The notes beneath the pieces were generated by a model, which did no database searches, was not told the DNA's origin, and was given only the letters and a program-made list of their open reading frames with translations. Source: Dimorphilus gyrociliatus (Eukaryota; Animalia; Annelida). From it: a stretch of DNA of 55,275 bases. Within the stretch, counting starts at the first letter, position 1; every line of letters begins with the position of its first letter. The translations under genes were made by a program, and so were the position numbers. Where the stretch lies: the NCBI GenBank assembly GCA_904063045.1, contig CAJFCJ010000120.1, forward strand, positions 35,771-91,045. Direction: 5' to 3'. Shown here piece after piece: positions 11,226-24,100 of the stretch.

Positions 11226-12471
11226 ACGGTATTTTTCACAAAACTTTTCTCCTTCTTTCTAATTCTATTTCTTTCATTTGAAATTCAACTTTCTGGTAAG
11301 ATGATTTTTATCTATGTTTTTGGTGTTTTTATACAAGTTTTCTAACTATTCGTTCTTCATTTTTTTAAAGCTGCTGCTGCTGAACACTCAAAAACAGTTT
11401 GCGAACATCATACATTAAATATTCAATGTCCTATTGATGAGGAAATTTCAATACAAACCGCCATTTATGGCAGATTGAATGGAGATTTCAAGACCTGTCA
11501 CAAGAAATTTTTAACTAATTCTCCTTTTCGAAAACAGATATTAAATGGAATTTGTAAAGCAAAAAAATCTGAAAAGATAACTAAAGCGAATTGCAACAGT
11601 AAAAGATTTTGTTCAATTAAAGCTTCAAATCAAGTCTTTGGAGATCCCTGCTTTGGAATACATAAGTATTTATCAGTTAATTATGAATGCAAACAGACAG
11701 TGGTAGGCCTAAAAACAAAAATTGCTTGTGAACATAAAACACTTAATTTGGCTTGTTCAAATGGTCAATTTATTGAGATTATATCAGTTTTATATGGAAG
11801 ATATCAAGATGATCATCAAACATGTAAACATGGACTAAAGAAAAAACTTACTCATAATAATTGCAATTCAACACATTCCTACTTAAATGTAGGTCAATTA
11901 TGTAATAAAAAACAGAGGTGTAGTATAAAAGCAGAAAATTCTGTATTTGGTGATCCATGTATTGGAATATTTAGAAGCAAAATACATTTGTCATGAATTT
12001 GATCAAATAGAAACAACAACAGTAACAACTTCAACAACAACAATGGAGACAATTAATTATACAACACCTTCTCCAACTAGTTTTAATCATTGTAAGTGTA
12101 TTTTTTTCTATCTGAAACATAGTTTTTAACTTTTCTATTCTCTTTTTCAAGATAATATTCCAATAATTGTTTGTAAACATCAAATTGCTAGTTTAAAATG
12201 TTCAGCTAAGTCAATAATTCATATTGAGCATGTATTCTATGGAAATAGAGAAGATGATTGGATAAGTTGTACCAAGCAACACTTAAAGAGTATCTTATCA
12301 GCTAACAAGATAAGTCAATGTGAATCATTAAAGTCAACTGGAAAAGTATCTTTAATGTGCAACAAAAAACAGTTCTGCTCAGTGGAACCAAAACATTATT
12401 ATAGTTATCATTTCTGTTGCAATGACTTTAGTTTCTTTACTATTATCTATTCCTGTTTAAAGGTCAAATAG
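11226..12471 (+). pseudogene. Rhamnose-binding lectin-like gene with 3 SUEL (Gal_Lectin) domains and apparent lesions
   Basis: Signal-peptide exon 11226-11295 begins with ACG instead of ATG. Exon from 11371: VCEHHTLNIQC...AIYGR...CNSKRFCSIKASNQVFGDPCFGIHKYLSVNYEC. Domain 2 is frameshifted at GDPCIGI/YLEAKYIC (~11967). A Thr-rich linker and intron 12092-12150 precede domain 3 (VCKHQIASLKC...FYG...CNKKQFCSV...IIYSC), stop at 12469-12471. Confidence 0.8.
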
Positions 12472-14611
12472 TACATTTAAGTGAATGCAAGAGAAAATAC
12501 ACCAGTCTGATGAAATTAGTTCTTTCTTTATAAACATTAGTTCATATACACATAGAATTACATTTTTTACAGCTAGTCAATAATTTTACTTCAAATTTCA
12601 TCAAATTGGCCAAGTAGCTGCTGACATATGGATTCTTATGAATGTTATGTTTAAACTCAGTTGTATGACATGTTGAAAATGTCCACCATGCTTAATATAA
12701 TGTAAATTTTAAACAGTGTTTTTAATATTTTCATCAAATAGTGGACATTTTCTCCATAATTCATGTATTTTAAGTGTTCTGCCATATTCTATTATTGATT
12801 GTATTTAATTGTATAATGTATATAATGGAATGGGCGAAAGGATCAGTAAATTATAGAGAGGGTGGGCAAATACAAAAAAGGAAACATTCAATTTTTGAAA
12901 TAGAGCAGCTGTAGAAAATATACCAAATAATTCAATTATTTCTAAATGAGAGAAAATTTTACACTATATGTTAAATATGTATTCCATTTATCTTCAATTA
13001 ACTATGTTATTATAGGTATAAAAGTGAATTGCTGGCTATATAGATTGTAATTTGTATGTTGCCAAATCACTAAACTAGCATACAGTTTGAAAGCATTGGT
13101 GTTTATTATTAGGATCAATTACAGATCATGTTCTATGAAAAGAGTTAATAAAAAAACATTTCTAATTTAGGTTGTCAGTGCTATTCCTGTTACTTTGTAT
13201 TTAATTTCTTCACGCCATCAATCAAATCTGCCACCTTGTTTTCTTTAGATTCTTCAGGTAAATCTTCTTTTTTATTTTATCATGTTTTTTCTCAGGTGCT
13301 TTATATTTTTCAAAAATTTCATGTAAATCTTCCTTTTGTTTTTCTACTCTATCATCTTTTCCATTCAAGAGTTCTTCTTTATATTTTTGTTTTATATTCC
13401 TCATTCTGTCTTTAACACAATCCCAATTTGTATACATGTAAACTACACTAAATACTGAATACTCTCTGTCAAAAATATCCATAAGAGAAATTTTACCTTC
13501 TCTGGCAAGAATTATTGATCTTGCATGACTAGCAGCTATATTTGTATCAAGTTTACAAATTTATCAATTTCTTTATATATTTTACAATATGTTAAAGGCA
13601 CCTTATTTTCAAAAAAAGTTCACATGGTCGCCTATTTATATAAACACCTTGCATTTTCTCTTCGCAATTTACTACAGCCTTATCTCCAAAGTTGATTTTT
13701 ACCATGGCTTTTAGAGAAATAGCATCAGAGCCCGATTACTTTCTTCCTTGTATTAAACTTATTATTATTATAATTTCTCAATTTGTACATCAACTTCAAT
13801 ACTATTCCAATTAACTATCCATTCAAACCTTTGGTTTCTAGTGGAATGTGCCATTCCTATATTGGTATTCAACAGGATATTTAAAATTCAGAAAAATCAA
13901 AATTTGTATCTTACCTCATCAGATCCATACAAAATAGAAGAAATATCTGATAATCTCATAGCCCAAGTTATTACTACTGGGCTTCCTTAAAAGATATTCT
14001 TTTTTTTAAATGTTTTTTTTTCACTTTTTCCATTCTTTTATCTTTCAAAGTTATGTCTTAATCTATTATCATTTTCTTAGTATATATTATATATACTTTT
14101 CTTTAGTATTAATAAAATTAAAAAAACCTACTATTTTTATGGGTACAGTTTCACCCCTATTCCCTAGGATCAACCTTACCAATAGATGAATCAATTAATT
14201 TAGTACCTTTCTGAACTGCTTGTCTAGAGATACTCTAGCAGTAACTGATGAAACAGTGAGGTGAAAATATTTCATTTTTGTCTTTTTTGAAGATAGAATG
14301 TTTTATCTCTTTCTTTTAACTTTGGTCTAAAATGTTAAGTTATCAGAGGAAAAATTAAGTTTTCAAAAGGAAAGAGAATGAGTAATATTTATTAAAAAAG
14401 ACTAGAAAAATACTCAAATTTTGAGTTAGCTTATTAACTATTTATTAGAAAGAGTCATTTAAGAATGATTTTAAAATTCTGCATAATTGTAAAAAGTGCA
14501 ATGATATTCTGCTAGTTGTTTATTATTCAACAACTGTTCTATTTTGAAATCAGAGATTTTCCATACCTGTAAACAATCATAACACCAAAAACCTAACCCT
14601 GGCTCTGAAAT

Positions 14612-15218
14612 CTAACTGACTATCTTCTCAATCAATTGAATTATTGCTGCGATATCTGACAGCTGATAGTGTTTGCCAGTTGTTGATACAAATTTGAATA
14701 GATCACAACTAAAAGAGCTGCTTGTGGCAATTGGAATTATTTGAGCAAATCTTTTAAATTTCTGTTTTAAGTAAATAAAAAAAATGTGATTAGAATGAAA
14801 GATTATGTAAATGTCTTTTAACCTTAGCTTCATCAATTGCCTGATCACATATATCATTTGTTAAAATTAGAACTACTTTTTTACTTGACTTTGCTGCCTT
14901 ATCCAAGACCTTAGTTTGGGCGAGATGAAGAGCTTTATGAACATTACAAAGTCCTCCTCCTCCTATATATTCAACACCTATTAGCTTTGTTACTATTGAT
15001 GATGTTTCAAACAGCGAATGGAATACAAGGTCAGTTGTTTTACCATATCTGATGAGAGATACACTTATGCTATTCTTGTTAATTTTTAATAAATTTACAA
15101 GATTAACCAAAAAAGATTTCATCATTAAAAAATTTAATTGTCCTATTGAAGTAGAAGAGTCTATCATGAAAATTAATTCTGTTGTAGGAGTTGTTCTCCC
15201 AGTTTTCACATACTTTTC
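14612..15218 (-). CDS. von Willebrand factor A domain protein, 3' exons only (5' part at or beyond the gap)
   Basis: ELIFMIDSSTSIG (DxSxS MIDAS), LIRYG...GVEYIGGG...ALHLA...KVVLILTND. An intron at ~14763-14820 leads to KFKRFAQIIPIA...IIQLIEKIVS*. Confidence 0.75.
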
Positions 15219-15302
15219 TTAAAAAAAATTTTGTTTGTGAAGAATTATCATTTTTCAAATGTATTCTTATTTATCTCACCTGAGATATTAGACATGATGA
15301 CG

Positions 15303-15622
15303 NNNNNNNNNNNNNNNNNNNNNNNNNNNNNNNNNNNNNNNNNNNNNNNNNNNNNNNNNNNNNNNNNNNNNNNNNNNNNNNNNNNNNNNNNNNNNNNNNN
15401 NNNNNNNNNNNNNNNNNNNNNNNNNNNNNNNNNNNNNNNNNNNNNNNNNNNNNNNNNNNNNNNNNNNNNNNNNNNNNNNNNNNNNNNNNNNNNNNNNNNN
15501 NNNNNNNNNNNNNNNNNNNNNNNNNNNNNNNNNNNNNNNNNNNNNNNNNNNNNNNNNNNNNNNNNNNNNNNNNNNNNNNNNNNNNNNNNNNNNNNNNNNN
15601 NNNNNNNNNNNNNNNNNNNNNN
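15303..15622. other. Assembly gap (320 N)
   Basis: Run of n. Confidence 1.
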
Positions 15623-15854
15623 TAATTTATTGATTTATTACAGACTTTACAAAATTTGAATAAATATTCAGATAAATTTTTGCATTTAGTCAACAAGCTG
15701 TTGCTGTTAAGTACTCAACTATCGATTTAAATTCTTTTTTTCAAATTATATAGTTTTAATCAAAATTCAATTTTCCTCATCTTGTTATCATTCTTCAAAA
15801 AAGGAATTTCTGAGATAAAATGGTCATAATTTTTCTCTATAGTTAAAAATTTGT

Positions 15855-16040
15855 ATGCATAGGGGAGGAAGTGATGAACGAAATTGCGAGCCATACTTTA
15901 AATGTCCAACAGAATACAAATGCTCATTAAACTATAAAATTAATTGTAAAAATGGAATAAAATTTTCAAAAAACTTCAGAATGCTAACAATGAATAATAC
16001 CAGAAAAGATACCGATTTTCTAAAATATATTTCAATAACT
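15855..16040 (+). pseudogene. Isolated LDLa-to-LRR junction remnant of an LGR-like gene
   Basis: GGSDERNCEPYFKCPTEYKCSLNYKINC parallels GNDELYCSSNKTCPNDCNCPEFFSIQC in the intact gene. Confidence 0.45.
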
Positions 16041-16434
16041 TAGGAATAGTTCATATTCCTAATAATAACAAAAGAAAATGGTTAAAAGAAAATACATGAG
16101 AAAAGACAAAAAAAAATTCAAATTAATACTTTTGTGTATATTTCTCTCTTGCTCTCTCTCTCTCTCTTTCCTTATCTGTGTTTATGTTTCTCAAAAAGAA
16201 AATGATGAATACAAAGCTTTCCTGAAAATATTGGTCTTTGTATTGAAGATCTAAGAAATCAAGATGTTTTAAAGCAGTATTGTTTGAGTACAAACTTTTG
16301 AATGGAACAAAGATATTGACAAAAAATAGTTTTGATCCTGCTTAAATATTAAATCAACAATTCCATTCGAAATGATATATATTGAATTATTCAAATCATC
16401 GAACAATAGGTTTCTTATTAGCATTAATTAGGAG

Positions 16435-16525
16435 ACTTGCAATTGTCTTTTCCAAAGCATTCTCTTGAATGCCATCATAACTGAATTTTGGTTGAGTAGG
16501 ATCTGAATTCACCATATCTTAAGGA
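16435..16525 (-). mobile_element. Gag N-terminal remnant, same family as 30020-30600
   Basis: cttgcaattgtcttttccaaagcattctcttgaat...actgaattttggttgagtagg matches 30447-30510. Confidence 0.6.
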
Positions 16526-17228
16526 ATTGTATCTGCCCAGTCATTAAATGGCATTTGGATGGAAGTAGATCTATCCCAGTTAATAAATTTAGCATCAGAA
16601 TATAAGGAGTATATATCTGATTAATCCATAATATATAGAACAGTATGGTTTATACAAAACTCCTAAATAGTAATTAAAATCTAAATTTAGAATTAAAGCA
16701 TAATTCATATTTATCTGAACCTCTTTTAGTTGAAATTCATAAATTATAAGATTAATAAACTGTGATATTAATACTAGGTAGCAAATAGCAATATTCTGTG
16801 GATAATTTAATAGAATTTATTAACTAGGTCAATACTGCTTATCTCTATCAGTCTACCTGCACAGTACAATACTGGTTCAATACTACTTATCTGCTATAGA
16901 ATAAAGCTGACAAATGTATTATTATAAATATTGTTTATTCATCATAACAATATGACTCTTTTGTATATTTCTCAACAACCAATAGCAATAGGAAATGTGA
17001 CAATACCCACTAGTTTAGCACCATGCTAAACAAACATGACATTATGTTTTTATATTCAAATACTTAGTTAAGACAATAGTACTTTTTCTGCATTATTCAC
17101 TCAGGGACATTATGTTTAATTTTTATTGTATTATTATAGTATTCTCATTAAAAATTACCAAATCTATATCCCTAAATATAGAAAATGAATGCAAAAATAA
17201 TAAAAGTCTACATTGTCAAAATGGCGAC

Positions 17229-17465
17229 TGTACTTTGTTGTATTGTAATTGTAGGAATTTCTCCTTCTTCTGAACAGTATTCGTCATTTCCAATCATTTA
17301 CCAATCTGCCAAAGTATTCACACAAATAGAACCTTCCAAGTTCGTCCACAAGTAGTCTTAACAAATGTAATTTTGGTAGAAATTAATCAACAAAATGCCA
17401 GTATTTCATTTAAAGAATATGTATTGAGTAAATGAGTTTCTAGTTCTAAATTAGCAAGTTTAAAC
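17229..17465 (-). repeat. ~700-bp repeat fragment
   Basis: tgtactttgttgtattgtaattgtaggaatttc...gttctaaattagcaagtttaaac is colinear with 43423-43660. Confidence 0.85.
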
Positions 17466-18730
17466 TCTGGATTTGCTGGACTAAAAACATGTCATATCTA
17501 TTTTAAAAATGGAAGTTATCTATTGATGGGATTTTTTCTTGTTCTATTTGTCCTGATTTTTATCTTGGTGACAGCGTATGACTTGTCTCTAAGTTATTTC
17601 TCAAAGCATACATTTGAATTTTCATCCATTTATGGAATTATCTTTGTATTAGTTTTTAATAATTTTTCTAGAGACAGTTCATCAGTGGCTATTTACCATA
17701 AACATATCTTTCTGCTCTGTAAATCTACATAACAGAATGTTTAGGAGGATAATGAAAATACCAATGAGGTTCTTCAATAGCAATCCTAAAGGAAGAATAA
17801 TAAATAGGTTTTCTTGAGATATTGAATTTGTTGATACACTTGTGGTTGATGTACTTGATCAAATTGTGTTCAATTTTGGACTGACAATATTCTTAATAAT
17901 TCTTGCAGTAATCAATATATATTATTTGATTATTCCAGCAGCCATTCTTGTAGTGTTACTGTCTTATTCATTTAGTTAGCTGTCACCTATATCTAGTGAA
18001 TTAAAGAGATTTGAATCAATGGATAGAACACCTACATTTGAACAGATTGATAATGTTTTAAGTGGTATTCTGACAATAAGATGTTTTGATAAAGAACAAG
18101 TTTACATGAAGAAACTTTATGAAACTTCAAATCAACACAGCAATAGTGCTTTATTACTAGAAACTTTTATTATGTTTACTCAACAAGTTTATTCAACAAT
18201 AGTGTTAGCTTTCATTCTGTTTGTAGTACTTGAAATAACTTCCTTTTCATCATCTTTTAATCCTGTAATATCAGCATTGGTAATCACTTATCTTAGCAGT
18301 GGATTTGATGCTTTTCAATTTTCACTCTTTGTTTTGGCAGATTTTGATATTGCTGTAGGTATTCATTTTTTATAATGTTAATAGAGTTCACAGTCATATT
18401 TCTTTTTGTTATTTCAGATGATATCAGTTCAAAGAATTACACATTACTCTACACTTGGTCAAGAACAGGATAAAATTGACAATTCTATGGAAAACTCACC
18501 ATCATGGGCTCAAAATGGAAATATTAAATTTAAAAATGTTTCTTTAAGATATGATGAAGGATTGCCTTTAGTTCTCAAATCATTAAATTTCAACATTAAA
18601 GCAGGAGAAAAAGTATATCAAATGCTTATAACATACAAAGTCTAAAGTCTTCATTAAAAGCTAATATATCTAATTTGTTGACTAAGATAGAGGGACAAAT
18701 TATTTTAGATGATATTGATATTGTAAATAA
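17466..18730 (+). pseudogene. ABCC (MRP4-like) transporter pseudogene: TMD2 and start of NBD2
   Basis: [31 protein letters not shown] (TGA at 17815), second stop TAG at 17977, ELKRFESMDRTPTF...LSGILTIRCF, an intron, then ISVQRITHYS...W...GNIKFKNVSLRY...LVLKSLNFNIKAGEK. A later remnant IEGQIILDDIDI (~18687-18725) follows; Walker A is missing. Confidence 0.88.
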
Positions 18731-19049
18731 TGTAGAGTTAAGCACACTTGCCCATAGTTAAGAAATAGACAGCTTCTCTATGTTCTTAAAGGAAAAAGCT
18801 TTAGTTAAAAATGGCTCAAACAGAAGGATGAAACATCTATAAAGAAGTTACCCTATTATTTTCAAACTGGAAAGTGCTCGAAAATATATATGCTACAATA
18901 AATCAATAAATACTTTATTCAATTTAGTCCACTCTAATATGAAATAATAAAAAAATTTATGCTAACCATGTGCTTGTTCAGTAAAATGAAGTCTTGATTC
19001 AACAATTTTTTTCAAATTTGGATTGTGTGACTTAGATACAATGATATAT

Positions 19050-19190
19050 TAATACTCAGACTTTAGATATAAGAAAGACATTAGAAAGACTTCTATTTCA
19101 TAAGACTTTGAATGGTGCAACTATGGAAATACTTATATTTCGTAGCAATTATACTGTTGGAATTTTAGAAAGACTTTTATTTAAAAAAAG
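19050..19190 (+). repeat. Sub-repeat end of the ~700-bp repeat
   Basis: tagaaagactt(c/t)tattt units are the reverse complement of aaataaaagtctttcta. Confidence 0.55.
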
Positions 19191-19559
19191 GATATTTTAG
19201 CATTTGGATATAACTTTTAGAACTATCTTAACAAAAAAGATTATTTTAGGGAAAAAATGAATTATTTTCTTTACAGTTGTTCTTAGTAGTATAAAGTTAG
19301 ATTGGGAAAATATTGTTAAGGTGTTCACCTATAACACCAAAAATTGGGACATTTTCTAACATGCTCATGGACAAGTTCTTCATTCTTAGAAACTTATGGC
19401 CAAACAGAAGAAGGTGAAGTTTTAGAAATATTAATGAGAAACTGAAGGAGTTATACACTTCAATTCCTTATAAATGATATTTTGGGGCTTAAAAATTTCA
19501 TAGATTTTTTTCAAATAACCCCAAAAACACTGGAAATAACCATCAAAGAAAAGGAACAA

Positions 19560-19815
19560 GAGATAACACCAGCTCCTCTTAGACCCTTAATGGTTATTCC
19601 ATCTTCCAGGAACAATTTTTCCAATATTGAGGGAAGCATTTCGTGAGGAATTCATCTGGCGGCAGGACAATTCACCAACACATACAATGAATGTGTAACA
19701 TCAGATATAATCAAAAGAGAATAAAATACAAATCTTTGACTGGCCCCCTTACTCACCAGATCTTAACCCCATAGAAAATTTTTGGGGTTATTTGAAACAG
19801 AAGGTCTATGAAATT
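19560..19815 (+). mobile_element. Tc1/mariner transposase remnant (C-terminal catalytic segment)
   Basis: FIWRQDNSPTHT...IFDWPPYSPDLNPIENFWGYLKQKVYE matches the Tc1 QDNAP.H...WP..SPDLNPIEN.W motif. Confidence 0.85.
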
Positions 19816-21188
19816 TTTAAGCCCCAACACATAACCATGTACAACAAAAAAAGGGAATTTGGATTGTGTTGAAAATGCCCAGTCTTTTGGTTTTACCCTA
19901 ACCCAGTTATTTCAATGTCAATGTCATGTTCCATGAACCACAATTTACAGTCATAAATTGAAGTTGCGGATTTGGTGTTCTATAAGTCATCCCCTGAATT
20001 CCTCATATACATATTGTGTAAGTGGGTAAAGTGTGTTTGATGACCATTAGGAAGGCAGAAAATCGAAAAGAGAGACATTTTGTACATTGGCCTACTGAAC
20101 AATCTAAAATTGAACTGAGAATTGTTAATACAATCTACAACTACTGGCTGAAAAATCCATAGATGTCATGAACCGAGGTCAGAACAGGCATAATACAATA
20201 ATTAGAATGATTGGAATGACAAAATATCATTAGAATTGATCTTTAGGGTGCCCAAATATTGCTCAGAAATTTATACATTCTCTATCAAAATATTGCAGTT
20301 AAAGTGATTATTTAATAATTTTTGATCCAAAAATTTTCAATTTTGTTTTCACTCAAAATTCAATTATGCAAACTGGCACAAACAAAGGAATTAACACACC
20401 AATTACTCTTACTGAAAAAATGTTCTGGTTTACAAACTCAGTTTGTTTTTGATCTTTTTCAATTAAAGAATACAAAAATTTTATATATAGAAATTTATTA
20501 GAATATAAGACTATAAACTAATTAATACAAGAAATTGTGCAAATTTACCAATTTCCCTATCATAAATATCACTTAATGATATTTCAATTTGAATAAAATA
20601 GTCTCCTTTTCTGTAAAAGTTTTTTTGTAAAACAACCAAAATTAAACATGTCTTTTTGCATTAACTCCTCTTCTCCATTTGTAATATATTGTAATGTTAA
20701 AATGTATAGTTTTCCATGTCTTTTACTTCCTTTCTGCAAAAAAATGACATTTTTGGCTCTCTTTCTGAAATTAGTTTGAAAAACAAGTGAAAATTGATTT
20801 ATACTAGTAAAAATATATGTTTAAAATCAAATAATCCACTGTGTGACAAATCAGCTTGTTGTAAAGCATCAAATACTGTGCAAATGTCTTTAACCAGCTT
20901 AAATATATTTAGAAACTTATAAAAGGATGGTAGATTTTTTAAATTCTCAACAGGAAGTAATAGATTATTGTAATGTAAGAGGTTTTCAGTAGTTTTAATG
21001 AATGTAATATCTATAAGAGAATTTAGTAAGATAACATGTTATGTTAATAAAGAAGAGGATAAACAAACATTTATTAGTATTTGATTGTAAAATAATACTG
21101 GTTTTGCTTAGTCTGAAAGAAAAGAAAAACAACCAAATATTATTCTTAAATTGCCTAGTAAATTGGATATTTTATTGTTGTTTTTTTT

Positions 21189-24100
21189 TCAATACATTTT
21201 GTTGGCTCTTTCCTTTTTTACAGATTTATAATATGAAGTTGCATCCCGAAAAGTATATAATAGGGGATTAACTACAGAGTTCAGTGGCAAGAAGATTATA
21301 ATCAGTGTAATGTATAGCTCTTTTTTGATAATTAAATTAAATAGAGCTCCATAAACTCCTACAAAAGTGTAAAAAATATTACTTGGTTTAAATGGGGTTG
21401 ATAAAAAATGTCCACAGGGGTTAGGGATAAAACAGTTAATGTTTTCTCCAGCATCCTTTTGCAAACATTTAAATATATAAAACAAACCTAAAATTGAAAT
21501 TGGGAACCAACAACATACATTTGTAATAACAATCAAAAATGCATTGATTTTAAATTTCTTTTGCTGACACTGGAATGCATCTTTATCATTCATTACATCT
21601 TTTGTTGTCAGTGTTTCATGCCAAATTCGTATATAAAGAACAAGTATTATCAAACATAGAAGAGACATTAATATTCCAAAAAGAAAGAATGAAAATAACC
21701 ATCCATGTAATTTTTCACTAGATATCTGCAGGGTAAAACACACCGGGCTACTTGAATAATAATTCTGTGATAATTGAAAGTTTTCTTTTAAAGCTTGTCA
21801 TGTGATTTTGTCATGTGGTGGACAGGAAACTTTGCCCCAATGAGATATTTGAGATGTTAGACTTTTGGTTGTAAAATGATTAGGAGTGCATAATGACAGG
21901 TTCTGATTGTTTATTTAGGGTATAGGGTCAGGTTAAAAGAGTTCATTTGGGCAAGTTTTGTGTTGCATTAAAATAGATGCTGCTATACATACTCTATAGA
22001 TGAACATTGGAAGGGCTGAGAGCAATCCTGATATCAACAGAGCAGCAGCAGCTAAAATTCTTGTTCTTCCAATTGTAAAAATCTTCTTGAAAGGGAAAAC
22101 AATCATTAAATATCTTTCAATTGTTATTAATAATAAACTTTGGACTGAAAGCAAAATTGACAGACTGCAAAACCATCCAATAAAATTGCAGGAATTGCTG
22201 TTTCTCCAATCATAATCATTTTCTATATAGCGCCCTCTATAATAAATATCAACACATCCAATAATTGTAAAATAGATAGATGTGCATAGATCAGCAAATG
22301 ATAGGCTTAAATGAAACAGACTTTTTTTGCTCTTTGAGAATATTCCTCTAAAAAGTAGAGATGAAAAATTTTCAATAAAACCAATAACAGAAAGAATCCA
22401 AAGGATCAAACGCAGAGTTTTTGACGCTAGAAGATCAGCACATGAATGAAATAATGAAGTTGTTGGATAACATTTTTGAATATTTGAATTATATTGCCAA
22501 GAAAAACAACAGAATGAGAAGTAATCACTAATTAAAATATTAAGTGATTTCAATGGTCTAATAAGGTTACTTTGATAAAATATTGGAATATACGTATGCT
22601 TTAAAAATAGAATTTGTAATGAAATTAATGATTTAAATGCATTTTCATCAATTTCTTTAATAAAAGATTTTTCTATTGTTAAATTTCTTAATTTGATTAA
22701 ATTATCAAAAAATTTCTCATAAAAATAATTTATTCTTGTTAAAGTAAAATTTATTGATAATAAATTTAATGAATATTTTAATGAGGTATGAATATTCATG
22801 ATTAAATTTCCATTTTTTATTGTTAAATATTGTAAAATATTTAATGGATTTGTTAAAATTAATGATAAATTTATCAATTTACAATCAATTAATGAAAGTG
22901 AAATTAAATTTGGGAATATTTTGGATATTTTCAAATTTATATTTGTCCAATTATAAAATGTTAATACAGTTGTTGAATAGGAAATATTTTCATATTGAAA
23001 GTTTTTTAAATTTTCAATTTTGTAATTAAAATAGATTTCAATTGTTTTTAAATATTTGAAATTTAACAGAATTTCCATGAAATTATTCATTTTAATTTTA
23101 CATTGAATTGAAAAGAATTCTGGACAATTGCAATCATTTGGACAAGTTTTGTTACTACTGCAATATAATTCATCATTTCCTCTTTTGCAGTCAATAATTC
23201 CATTGCAAACTTGATCTAGAGGAATGAATGTCCTCTCTTTTCTACATTTTAAATAGCCTTTTGGCTTGAAGTTATCTATTTTTAACAGAATTACAGTTAC
23301 ATTAATTTATAGATATTTTATAGTTTACTCGATTTTACCACAGTCAATTTCATCATCATGATGAGTACAATGAACAATACCATCACAAACCTGTTTTATT
23401 GATATACAATATCTACTTACCAAGCACAAATATTCCCCATTTGAACAATTTGTTCTAGAACAATTTCCAACTGCTAAGAATGGATAATGAATTTTTGTTA
23501 ACAGTTTTCCCATAGAATTATACACAATTTGACATTTATGAATTTTTGTTGTTTGCGACAATGAACAATTATTTAAGTGAAATCTTTTGAAATTTTCACA
23601 TACATCCGGGTTCTCATCATTTTCATCTAAACAATTTACTTGTAGATCACATTGTTTCGTTTTCAATTCACATTTATTGTCGCATTCAAATTTGTTGTAT
23701 TTCTTGCAATCTGTATTTATTTAATTTGAATTTGTTCAAAATTTTCATGAAATTTTTATCTGTCTATCATTCTGTCTCTTTCAATTAATAACCTATTTTT
23801 GAATTTTCAAAACTACATTTCTCATCACTACCATCAAAGCAATTTTTTTCATCATTACAAAAATAGCTTGAGTCTATACATTGATAATTGTCACATCTTT
23901 CCAAATCACAATGTTTGAATTCTTAAGTTTTTCAACATTAAATAATAGAAAAAGTATCAAAATTATTATTTCTTACTGCAGGACAGCTCGTCAAATTTAT
24001 TTGGACAGTCATCAACGTTATCGCAAACAAATTGACTATTTATTGTTGTATTTAAATCGCAATAGAATAAAGTATTATTTATTGAGCAATGCTGCTCATC

